The notes under the pieces: model-generated
What the model was told of the DNA's origin: nothing
The model's input: the letters and a program-made list of their open reading frames with translations, nothing else
The model's database searches: none
Assembly: GCF_018977255.1 (NCBI RefSeq)
Contig: NW_024704742.1
Location: forward strand, 5,706,001-5,770,000
DNA from: Callorhinchus milii
Taxonomy: Eukaryota
DNA: 64,000 nt
Reading direction: 5' to 3'
Shown: positions 53,251 through 64,000 of the stretch, piece after piece
How positions within the stretch are numbered: position 1 is the first letter of the stretch
How the letters are laid out: every line of letters begins with the position of its first letter
Position numbers and translations under genes: made by a program

Positions 53251-54584
53251 GCACAGCACTGTTCAGGAAACGAGGGGAGAAAAGGAAGATGAGTTTAACA
53301 TTTCTAGTAGTAGGTTTTATGAGCACATGGTCGCACCCCTCACTTACCATCACATTAATTTTCTAGATCAAAGGTCAGCTTCACAAGCATATTTAATCCA
53401 CAAGGTATTTCCAGTGCAATTCTCAAAACTTGTTTGACCCATCATGTTATTTTCCTGCCATGTAATTTACATTTTACATTTAAACAGAACTTCCTGTGCT
53501 CTGGCATCCGTTTTCTCAGGCATTTACACTGATTTACAGCATCAAATGCTGTCACTGGAATCGATGAATAGGAAGATCTTGCGCAGCCTTTCTGCAGCAT
53601 TGCCACGCAATTGGGAGTGGGTGTCAGGTTTTCTTCTCCAGAGCTGTCCTAACAACCTTTCCAGCTGCTGCTGATTAGAACATCATTTTTGCCAGTGTTT
53701 TAAACTCTCACACAAGCCACAACATAAGAGTTGGCTGCTGACAGCAGCAGCGGTATGCAGACAACGATGCCCTCAGAATGCTAACACAGAATTTGTACAT
53801 ATTTGGTTCAGACATTGTCTGAGGAAAGGCAGGGTCCAATTGCATGCTATCCTGGTGGAAGGAATTTGATAAAGTCCTGCATTCGAGCCTTTTTAATGGT
53901 GGTAAATGTCACTGGAATTAACGACAAATTAGTTGCTGGATTGACCAAAACACGATGACTGAGAAACAGTACAGATTGTGGACATCCATAGTGGCTGATT
54001 ATCCTCTGCCCTTTAATGATACTTGCATTTCATACCGCGCCTATTGTTTTAAGGCAAATCACAGAGTTTTGTAAAGTGTAGGCACAGTGTATGTGTGGCA
54101 GCCAATTTCCTCACAGCAACATCCCATTTGGGTCTTTAAAATCCCGAAATCCTGGGATTCCGAAAGAGCAAACCCTAAGCACCGCACTGAATGCCATCTT
54201 ATAATGTGAGCTCAAACAACCACCATGTGGCTGGAAGCCACAAGCTTCTGTCCCAGAGGCAAGTGTGCAATGGATGCCAGGGTTACACCTAAAAGTTGAG
54301 TATCCATTGGTCAGAGTGGTGTACTTCTCGATACGGCCAGAAGTTGCATTTGTGCAACTAAAATTCTTGTGCAACTAAAATTCTTGTTCGAAACATCACA
54401 GGTTTAGACCCCCATCGCATTATCCTATTATTTGTTAAGAACTCAGTCGTATAGATGTGTCCAATCAATATGAAGCCTTTTTCACCAAGGTTAATCCGCT
54501 ACAGTGATGTATGGCTGGTGGATTTCATTACAAGTCCAAACATGTTGGTAACTTAGTATGAGTAATTTTATAATAATAGATCAG

Positions 54585-55270
54585 AGATTGGAAGAATTGG
54601 GCCTATTTACCTTGAAAAGGAGAAGATTGAAATCTGTAAAATTGTAAGGAGTTTTGATAGTCAATAGGGAGAAACTATCTCCACTGGAATATGAGTGAGT
54701 GACAAGAGGGCATCAATTTTGCAAAGGGGATATTAGGAAAATAGTTTTTTTACACACAGTTATTAGGATATGGAATGCCCTGCCACATGCGGTGGTTGAG
54801 GTAAGGTCTATATTATAATAATAATAATCCTTGTATTTGATATAGCACCTTGTAATGTCTTCGAGATGTCTCACAGTGCTTCACAGAATGTACTGTAAAG
54901 TGAATTGACTGTATATTTTGTAGGTGAAATGTGGCAGCCAATCGCACACAGCAGCGTCCCACAAACAGTCCAAACCAAATAAAAAAATATTTTTGGAGGT
55001 ATTATTACCCCTGGAATAGCAATCCACCAGTCGACTAACAACCGGGTCACTTACTGCTCGGTAAACAGAGTATATATTCTCAAAGACCCTGCATTGGTCC
55101 AGGCAACGTTCTGATGCAGAAACGTGGTTGCAACCAATTGAGCCAGCAAACACCTAGCTTTTAAGGCATTAGATAGACATCTAAAACTAATTTGCAGGGG
55201 TAGGGGCAAAACAGCAGGTAAATGGGATTGAAATGATGGCTCTTTCAATGAGCCCGGCTGTGTTTGCCTG
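54585..55270 (+). mobile_element. CR1 3' fragment split by a - strand SINE (54812-55070)
   Basis: agagattggaagaattgggcctatttaccttgaaaaggagaagattga; CR1 end resumes at ~55155. Confidence 0.8.
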
Positions 55271-56399
55271 CTCTGTAATATTTCTGTCATTCATCTCCCT
55301 CAGGAGTTTGGTCACTGCTGTCTGTAAGGGTGAGAATTGCATGAGATAGATGGCCTGTTGTGTTTTTGCTGTACAGTTGGCAACACAAACCATGGTTGCT
55401 ATAGCATTAACAGAGAGATCTAAACATAGGACCCATCTATCTGCCTGTTAAATATGCCACATTAATTGAAAATGGAATTGGTGTCCAGCCAACAATAACT
55501 GAAATCAATTGATCTCACGTCTGTGTGCGGGACTTTGTTATGTGCAAATGGCTACTGTATTTGTTAAAAAAAAATGTATAAATCTGCCACAACAGAGAAA
55601 TACTATGCTTAGCAATAACTAACTGTAAGGCATTCAAGACACGATGATGTGATAAGGCACTACAAAAGTACAAGTGCATATTATCAAATGAAAACATATT
55701 AGGTTATGGAAGGAGCTAGCAAAAAACCATGGCTAGAGCCGAATTTATAATAACTTTTAAAAGGAAATTAGAGAAATACTTGAAAAAGATCAAAATCGAG
55801 GTCCATGGAGAAAACGACAGAGTCAGTGTGCACACAATAGGCTCAATGGCCTTCTTCCGTGCTGTAAAACTCGATATCTGATTCTCTTTGCCAGTGTGTG
55901 AACCTTCTTTTATCAGTAATGTTTGAACGTCACCATCTGCAGCATTTCCTGAAGCGACATACACACCAGATCTCTGCGTTGCCAATTTCTCCTCTCATGC
56001 AAATGTAATGTTAAGTAATGACTGAGCGCTCCCTCGTGACAAGGGGTTGAAGCCAGCGATTAATAACTTTCTGGTCACGTAAAGCAAGAACTGCCCTCAT
56101 CACAGTGTGAACCAATAATGATGTCAACCGAATTAAATTCTAACAAAAGGATATGAAACATTTACTTGAATACAAACAATACGATGTGCAGTCTACCTTC
56201 AGTCACATATTTGTGGTGTGTTGTGTTACAGGAACACAGACTTGTCATCATTCAACCAATAAGCAATACAGTAAAACATGAGTGCGCGTCAGATGGCAAT
56301 GGTTTGGTGCTCAAGCTTACATCCAAAACAAGTTCTGACGTGGCAAAACCTTACTTGAAGATTTGTCACTTTTACAGTATGCTTCCAGTAGGATGAGTT

Positions 56400-56724
56400 T
56401 TAATAATAATAATAATCCTTGCATTTGATATAGCGCTTTTCACGTCGGGAGGACGTCCCAAAGCGCTTCACAGAACACACTGTAAAGTGAATTGACTGTG
56501 TATTTGTGGGCGAACGCGACAGCCAATTGCACACAGCAATGTCCCACAAACAGTCGTAGATTGAAAATGACCAATTTATTATTGTTTGTGGTTTTGGAGG
56601 GATTATTATTAGGCTCTGTGTGGAGTAAGGAAACTTGCCCAAGGTTTCGCCCTCTGCCTGGAATTGAACTCAGGTCTCTCACTTGCAAAGCGAGTGCTCT
56701 AACCACTGAGCTACAGGACTCCAC
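56400..56724 (-). mobile_element. Full young short-form SINE
   Basis: Complete from head to tail, near-identical to other young copies. Confidence 0.94.
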
Positions 56725-57564
56725 TTTTGGATGCAATGTGGGCGATTCTCTGCCACTTTGTACAGCCATCAATCTCAGTTTAGTTATCCAACATCATTAG
56801 AGGTTTGGTTATCATCACACAGCCAGGATTCAGTATTTACAAATCATTACAAACAAAACCGACTTGCGTTTATATTGGACCCTTTCACGTGGTTTAGGTC
56901 TCGGAGAGCTGAAAACAAGACATCCAATGTTCAATATTACCTATGCTTAATGTCTTCAGTATATTCACTTTAACAACAGAATATTAATATTTGCATTATG
57001 GGTCTGGTCAAGAGCTTATAGGGAAAACAACTGTGAATCTTCTATACATTGAAGAGGAATATTTAAGATGTTTTCACACTTTAATTATTCATGTATTCAA
57101 CCACACTTTCTGTCATTGTTAATACACACTGACTTTTGAGTTATTAATATCACCTAGTGTATTGCAAGAGAAACCTATCAAGGCTTGGGCTAATACATCA
57201 ACACAACAACAACTTGCATTTATATAGCACCCTTCACACCCGATGGTGTCTCGGAGGCTTAATAGCGGCAGAGTCTGATAATAGCTCATTAACCATCAAT
57301 GGAAGGCATTAAATGTGATTCTAATTACATAATTGAGGGCGTTTGTGTATGTTTAAGAAATGGTTAGCCCATGGGCAATCAGCTTAGTGATGTCCAATAC
57401 AGATACCAATGTGGTCAATGAAGTAACGGATTAGCCACTCGAGATAAAACCTGACGCCTGTTTTCGGACAGTGATTCGGCTAATTCACACAAATTTCGGG
57501 ACATCAAATTGGAATGCATCTCTCGGAAACTGGAAATCGATAGCAAATCCACGACCGCAGAGAA

Positions 57565-57700
57565 ATCTTTCCACGGAACTGCCGTTTGATTCAGAGCTTT
57601 TGAACGAATGTAATTGACTATTTTAATCTCTGTGTTCATCACACCTTTCGTGTGAGTCATTAGGGGATGTTTGAGTGCACACTTTTTGCTGCTGATGTTG
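57565..57700 (-). mobile_element. hAT (Charlie/SPIN/GTF2IRD2-like) transposase fossil
   Basis: VMNTEIKIVNYIRSKALN, then RQFR after a frameshift; preceded by a HQQ..C motif. Confidence 0.7.
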
Positions 57701-58117
57701 CGTGAACCTCAGTTGGCCAGACTTTTTATGTGGAATTGGTCACCTGTGACTAACTTATTGGATACCTCCACATTTGCAACCACTCATTGTCAATTGGGTA
57801 ACATTTCTCTCTTTCAAGGATATCTTGTTAAAAACCTAAAGATCACGCTCTCTCATAGTTTGTTACAATACGTGTATGTGTGCGACGATATCCACGCAAT
57901 ATGTGCAGGTACATATATTTCAGGTTCACAGTGTTCAGTGTAAACAATGTGACTGATTGTGCGGATTCTCTGATTGGTGTAGTGACTGTATTTTATGGAT
58001 GAATGCGGCGACCAATTTGTGCGCAGCAGTATCTCACAAACAGCCATGAAGTGAACGGGGGATGCGTTTTTTTCTTTGGCAGATCTGTGGGGATTGTCAT
58101 CAAGTCCACTCAATGCA

Positions 58118-58605
58118 AATAATAATAATAATAATAATAATCCTTGCATTCGATATAGCGCCTTGTGGAGTCCTGTAGCTCAGTGGGTGGAGTCCTGTAG
58201 CTCAGTGGTTAGAGCACTCGCTTTGCAAGTGAGAGACCTGAGTTCAATTCCAGGCAGAGGGCGAAACCTCGGGCAAGTTTCCTTACTCCACACACAGCCT
58301 AATAATAATCCCTCCAAAACCCAAAACAATAATAAATTGGTCATTTTCAATCCACGACTGTTTGTGGGACATCGCTGTGCGCAATTGGCTGTCGCGTTCG
58401 CCCACAAATATACAGTCAATTCACTTTACAGTGTGTTCTGTGAAGCGCTTTGGGACGTCCTCCCGACGTGAAAAGCGCTATATCAAATGCAAGGATTATT
58501 ATTATTATTATTATTATTATTATCACGTCTTCGAGACGTCTCCAAGCGCTTCGCAGGATAAACTCCAAAGTGAATTGGCTGTATATTTTGCGGGCAAAAT
58601 GCAGG
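58118..58605. mobile_element. Young + strand SINE (58165-58523, duplicated 5' end) inserted in an older - strand SINE
   Basis: Host ...atatagcgcctt|insert|(tat)cacgtcttcgagacgtc... Confidence 0.9.
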
Positions 58606-59009
58606 CTGTTGGGGAAAATATTTTTGTATTATAAAAGGCCAGAGAACCTGGCATTTTCCCAACAAGGCAATCTGGTGTTGCTTCTCATTGGGAGAGGCCC
58701 TGGTAAAGAATTTCTAATTCAATGATTACATTTACACAAGATCCTCCTCCAGCTAAAGTCTCCCCCCCCACCCGCTCCCCCCTCCCCCCCACACCTCCCC
58801 CAGCTCTCCGTGTCTGCTTTTCCCCCAATCGATTGCAGTCGGCCGATTGATTGCCTTGTGCCCGAGGGCAGAACATCATCGTCAACAGCCCGTCTCGCTC
58901 TGTAACGGCCGCAGCCACTCGCCGCTGAGCGCAACGAGTCATTTGAGGAGGAACCGACCGGCTGTGCGTATCGCGGACGGGCTTCGTTGTCGCGGTGCAG
59001 CCCGGGCGC

Positions 59010-59427
59010 GCGGAGTCCCCTTGTAGCTCAGCGGTCGGTCAGCAAGGCGAGAGGACCCGGGTTCGATTCCCGGGCGGGCGGGCGGGCGGGGGGGCGCTGA
59101 ACGCTGGGCGAGTTTCCTTACGCCCGCACCTCCCCCCGTTTGCCCAGCAGTGAGCAGGAGCCCGGTTCGTCAGTCGATTGGCGGGATCGCTTTTCCGGGG
59201 GCGGGGAGGGGGGGGGGGGCGGGGTGGAGGGGGGTAATAACTCCTTCCAAAAATAATAATAATAATAATAATAACAATAATCCCGTCACCGGTTGCGGCC
59301 GCCTACAGTCGATGGACTTCACAGTGTATTCCGTGGAGCGCTTTGAGACGTCGTGAAGAACGACTCGGATCAAATGGAAGGGTTATTACGACGATGATGA
59401 CGACGATGATGATGGTGGTGGTGGTGG
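59010..59427 (+). mobile_element. Long-form SINE, strongly GC-shifted, in the MFHAS1 CpG island
   Basis: gcggagtcc..tgtagctcagcgg, GGTTCGATTCCC, gtcgattggcgggatcgcttttccggg, gcgctttgagacgtc and atcaaatggaagggttatt are in SINE order. Confidence 0.85.
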
Positions 59428-59574
59428 ACAGGGGTCTGGGGGCTTGGGCAGAGGCTGGACAGTGGGTGGGGGGGGGGGGGGCAAGGCATGAGGGGGGTGT
59501 CCCTCCCTCCCTCCCTCCCTCCTCCCCACCCCTGGGGGTGGGGTTGGTCGGTGCTATTGGCTGGTGCGGCTCCA

Positions 59575-60005
59575 GGGAGGAGGAGAGAGTGAGAGAGAGA
59601 GGGAGAGAGAAAGAGAATGAGTGAATAAGAGAGAGAGAGAGAAAGAAAGAGAGTGAGTGAGAGAGAGCGAATGAGTGAATGAGAGAGAAAGAAAGAGAGT
59701 GAGTGAGAGGGAGAGAATGAGTGAATGAGAGAGAGAGAGAGAAAGAAAGAGAGTGAGAGGGAGAGAATGAGTCAATGAGAAAGGGAATGAGTGAATAAGA
59801 GAGAGAGAGAAAAAGAAAGAGAGTGAGAGAGAGGAATGAGTGAATGAGAGAGAGAGAGAAAGAGAGTGAGTGAATGAGAGAGAGAGAGAGAGAAAAAGAA
59901 AGAGAGAGAGAGAGAGAGACAGAGAGTGAGTGAATGAGAGAGAGAGAGAGAGAGAGAAAGAAAGAAACAGAGAGTGAGAGATAAAGAGCTGAAGGGGAGA
60001 GGGTG
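59575..60005 (+). repeat. Polypurine GA/GAGT low-complexity tract upstream of MFHAS1
   Basis: Degenerate repeats of gagtgaatgagagagagagaaaga, with almost no C. Confidence 0.95.
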
Positions 60006-60263
60006 AGAAGTCAGAAGGACAACCGAGTGGGAGAAGCTGCCGCATCCCTCCCCCTCCCTCCCTCCTTCCCTCCCTCCCTCCTTCCCTTCTCTCCCTTTAT
60101 TCCTTCATTCCCCCCCTCTCCCCCCTCCTCCTCCTTCTCCCCCTCTTCCTCCTCGAGCACTGGCGTCGAGCACTGAAGGCCGAGTCGGCGGCGGCGGCGG
60201 CGGTGAGAGCGGGAGGGGACTGAGGGGATGTAGTCTGTGAGGGGGAGAGGGAGAGGGGGCGCC

Positions 60264-63200
60264 ATGACAGAGGAGGGCGGCGGCGGGAGGGAGAGGGAGG
60301 GGGAGGGGGACAGGGCCGGGGACAGGGCCGGGGACAGGGCCGGGGCGGCCAGGCTGTGGCGAGCCTCGGCTCTGCGCTCCAGGAAACTGCGGACCAACCT
60401 GCGGCAGCTGACGCTGACCGGTCTGAGCCCGAGCCCGAGCCCGGGGCCGGGGCTGGGCCTGAGCCTGAGCCCGGGGCTGGGCCTGAGCCTGAGCCCGGGG
60501 CTGGGGCTGGGCCCGGGGCCGCCCGGCGGCCTGGCCGAGGTGGAGGTGCTGAACCTCGCCAACAACCACCTGGAGGAGCTGCCCGAGGGGCTGGGGCTGG
60601 GGGGGGGGAGGGGGAGGGGGGAGGTGGGGGGGAGGGAGGAGAAGAAGGAGGAGGAGGAGGAGGTGTAGGAGGGGGAGGAGGTGTAGGAGGGGGAGGAGGT
60701 GAAGGAGGGGGAGGAGGAGGAGGAGGGAGGAGGGGGAGGAGGGGGAGGAGGAGGAGGGAGGAGGGGGAGGAGGAGGGGAGGAGGGAGGGAGGAGGTGAAG
60801 GGAGGAGGAGGGAAGGAGGAGAGGGGAGGGAGGGAGGGGGGAGGAGGAGGAGGGAGGAAGAGGGGGAGGAGGTGAAGGAGGAGGAGGGGGAGGAAGAGGA
60901 GGTGAAGGAGGGGGAGGAGGAGGAGGAGAAGAAGGAGGAGGAGGAAGAGGGGGAGGAGGTGAAGGAGGAGGAGGGGGAGGAAGTGAAGCAGGAGGGGGAG
61001 GAGGAGGTGGAGGAGGAGGAAGAGGAGGGGGAGGGCGAGGCCTCCTGACCAACCTGACCGTCCTGATCCTGAGGAGGAACCGTTTCCACCGCCTGCCCCC
61101 GGCCCTCCAGCAGCTGCGGCACTTGACCGAGCTGGACCTCAGCCACAACTGCCTGTCCTGGCTGCCCGACGAGACGGCCACCTGCCTGCGGCGCCTGAAG
61201 AAGCTGAGCGTCAGCCACAACCGGCTCCAGAGGCTCCCGGCCGCCATGGGCTGCCTGACCAGCCTGGAGGAGCTGGACCTCAGCTTCAACGAGCTGCGCC
61301 GCCTGCCCGAGACCTTCGGCCACCTGCGGACGCTGCGCATGCTGGACGTGGACCACAACAAGCTGGCCCATTTCCCCCGGCAGATCTTGGACCTGAGGGA
61401 CCTGGAGGAGCTGGACTTCTCGGGCAACAAGGTGGACAGCTTGCCCGGCGAGATCGTCATGTTGCGGTCCATCAAGATCCTCTGGCTGAGCAACACCAAG
61501 CTGGCCAGCCTGCCCGACGGTTTCGGCCGCTTGACCACCCTGGAGAGCCTGATGCTGGACGGCAACGGGCTGAGCTCCTTGCCCGAAAGCTTCCGCAATC
61601 TGGAGCGGCTCAAAATGATCAACCTGTCGTCGAACGGGTTCGAAAGGTTCCCCAACGCTGTGGCGGAGCTGGTCAGTTTGGAAGAGCTGTACCTGAGCCG
61701 AAACCGACTCACCGTCATTCCGGAGAAGATTTCCAACATGTCCAAGCTCGCCACCCTTTGGCTGGATAACAACAGGATAAGGTACCTGCCCGATTCGATC
61801 GTGAGCCTGTGCTGTCTGGAAGAGCTGGTGCTGCAAGGGAACCAGATTGCTATTCTGCCCGACGCATTCGGAAAGCTTTCGAAGGTCAACATTTGGAAGA
61901 TTAAAGACAATCCCCTAATACAGCCTCCCTACGAGGTCTGTATGAAGGGAATACCCTACATAGCAGCGTACCAGAAGGAGCTGGCTTTGTCTCAGCCCGC
62001 AGTGAAGCCCAGGTTGAAGCTCGTGCTGATGGGACTCAAAGGTGCCGGCAAATCTGTCCTGAGGCAGTGCCTGGTTGGCCAAACGCACGGTCTTCCTGTG
62101 TCACACGGGAAAGGAATCGAAGTCACTCAGTGGGTTGCTGATGTTGAGAAGAATCTGACTTTTATCGTCTACGACTTAGCGGGAGATCAAAACTATGATC
62201 TCATTCAGCCATTCTTCCTCTCGCCCGGTGCTTTTTACCTCTTGTTAGTCAATCTGAAAGCGTACGTTTCCGGTCGCTTTTATGATTTTGTTGGCTATTT
62301 CCTACATCTTCTTGGCGCCAGGGTGCCTCATGGTGTTGTGTGTATGGTGGGGACCCACGTAGATCTCTGCAGTGAAAAAGAGATCGAAGAAAAATGCCTT
62401 GGGATTCATCACCAGATTGCTCTCCAAGAGAAACGAGATGTTGAGTTCATGAACGCTGTAGCTCAAAAGGTAGACAAAGCCCTGAGCCAAGAGTTTGATC
62501 TGCGAGCTACAAGTCCACACGCATCGTTCTACGGAGTGTCGGATAAAAACCTAAGGAGGAAGAAAGCACAGCTGCAGTACATGTTGAATAATCGCCTCCA
62601 AATATTGTCTCCTGTCATCCCCGTGAGCTGCCAAGGCCAGTATCTGGGCATCCAACGTTTGAAGGAGAAACTGCTGTCAATTGCTGAACACAGGGAGATT
62701 TTTCCAAATCTCCATAGAGTCTTGCCAAAATCATGGCAGAGGTTGGAAGAATTGCACTTTAAGCCACAGGAACTTTGGCTCTCCTGGTGGGACTCGGCCA
62801 GGTTGGGATTGCAAGCCGGCCTCACAGAAGACCGACTTCAAAGTGCCCTGTCTTACTTGCACGAGAGTGGCAAGTTGCTGTATTTTGAAGATAGTCTGAC
62901 TCTTAAAGAGTACGTATTTCATAACTTAACCAAACTCATTGACATTCTAAATATCTTCTTCCAACGTGACGCTTCGGTTCTTCTTCAGAAACTCTTGGCT
63001 GACGCCGATATTGATGAACTGAGAGCAACGCAACTGCATCACTACGTGGAAGGGTTCCTGCTTCACGGACTTCTTCCGGTGCACATCATTCGCCTTCTTT
63101 TGAAGCCACACATCAAGACCCAGCAGGATCTGAATCTAATTCTAGAATTGCTGGAGAAAATGGGTCTCTGTTATTGCCTCAATAAACCGAAAATCAAGCC

Positions 63201-63679
63201 ACTGAACGGCGCGGCAGTCTGGTTCAAGTTCCCCTGTTACGTGAAGAATGAGGTTCCACATGCAGAAGCCTGGATAAATGGCTCAAATCTCTCTGGACAA
63301 CCATTTGCCATCGAACAGCTTCAAGTTGAATATAGTTTTCCCTTTTTGTTGCCTCCAGGGCTTTTTGCCAGGTATAGTGTCCAGATCAACACACATGTTG
63401 TACATCGATCGGATGGCAAATATCAGATTTTTGCCCACAGGGGAAAGGTTCCTGTGGTGGTCAGTTACAGACCTTCCCGAAGCAGTCTGCGGGCAGACAC
63501 TTTATCTATTACCAGCCATGCTTCGTTGCCAAATATTTGGACAGCATGGCAAGCCATAATTCCTCTGGTGGAAGAACTGAATATGCTTCTCCAGGAATGG
63601 CCAGGATTGTACTTCACTGTGCATATCCTCTGTTCAAAGTGCCTTAAGAGAGGGTCCCCAAACCCGCACACCTTTCCAG
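60264..63679 (+). CDS. MFHAS1: MFHAS1/MASL1 first coding exon (LRR array, Roc GTPase, COR); frame broken in the GGA-rich insert as assembled; remaining exons lie beyond the window
   Basis: ATG in gccATGa at 60264. N-terminus ARLWRASALRSRKLRTNLRQLTL and EVLNLANNHLEELPEGLG, then LTNLTVLILRRNRFHRLP. ORF 61123-63693 has LRRs, KDNPLIQPPYEVCMKGIPYIAAYQKEL, P-loop GLKGAGKS, YDLAG, GTHVD and WLSWWDSARLGLQAGLTEDRLQSALSYLHESGKLLYF, all matching vertebrate MFHAS1 as I recall it. Ends PNPHTFP-G|GTAAG (phase-1 donor at 63680). Confidence 0.96.
60600..61038 (+). repeat. GGA-rich trinucleotide tract inside MFHAS1 exon 1 (Gly-rich when read in frame)
   Basis: Units such as gga gga ggt gaa gga ggg gga; 60853-61041 is open and in frame with the downstream LRRs. 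Confidence 0.9.
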
Positions 63680-64000
63680 GTAAGGTCATATAAGTTTTTC
63701 CTTACCTACTGTCCTCAAGCTCAGAGCAACCCACTGAACCGGTCTAGTCAGTACATTGAATCATTACAGTGAAGCCTATTCCTGAATATTTCTTTATAAT
63801 AATTAAATACATCAATTATTAATTGAAAGGGATCGAAACTCAGACATTCTATATAAACCTGAAACAATTATCTGTATTCATAACTTTAAAAGTAAAACAT
63901 AAAGGAGGGATTGTTGGGCAAAGTTGAGCTCATTTATTTTGTATAACGCAACAGCGTCATTGTTTGGAAACGTGCTCTCCTGAGAGGTAGGTTGAATAAT

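Larger units (their letters stand above)
58800..61900 (+). promoter_or_regulatory. CpG island covering the MFHAS1 promoter, 5' UTR and 5' half of exon 1
   Basis: High CpG and GC density from ~58820 (e.g. cgcggacgg, cggcggcggcggcgg at ~60186) into the coding sequence, against an AT-rich, CpG-poor background. Confidence 0.8.

Noticed and set aside
54352..54388. Short tandem duplications (also ~11286, ~44056, ~47164)
   Set aside because: Ordinary 11-17 bp slippage duplications.
60623..61040. Canonical intron explaining the MFHAS1 insert
   Set aside because: A GTGGGG is present, but there is no polypyrimidine tract or plausible acceptor, and the 3' part reads in frame as Gly codons.
60097..61910. 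Two long antisense ORFs (579 and 601 aa) over MFHAS1
   Set aside because: Shadow frames of high-GC3 coding sequence and a stop-poor repeat; no independent protein features.

Overview
Repeat-rich vertebrate genomic DNA. The repeat content (tRNA-Ala/Deu-domain SINEs with ATT tails, L2 and CR1 LINEs, palindromic Penelope-type ends) suggests a cartilaginous fish, possibly a chimaera; this is inference. The one clearly identifiable gene is MFHAS1 (MASL1; LRR-Roc-COR). Its ~3.4 kb first coding exon is on the + strand at 60264-63679 and carries a ~440 bp GGA-rich insert between the first two LRRs that reads as poly-Gly and is frameshifted as assembled. About 40 kb upstream, a divergent (- strand) CpG-island promoter (GC box, TATA, Inr) and first exon of an unidentified gene sit inside ~7.5 kb of almost G-free low-complexity repeats. 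The rest is intronic or intergenic and full of retroelement fragments. Most notable points: the poly-Gly LRR insert; strongly AT->GC-shifted sequence and G-skewed repeat expansions at both promoters; a perfect 108-bp inverted duplication between two SINEs with template-switch junctions; a young SINE subfamily whose 3' stem matches the local L2 LINE; hammerhead-like cores in Penelope-type hairpins; and two short local duplications about 0.9-1 kb from their partners. Repeat boundaries were read by eye and are approximate.
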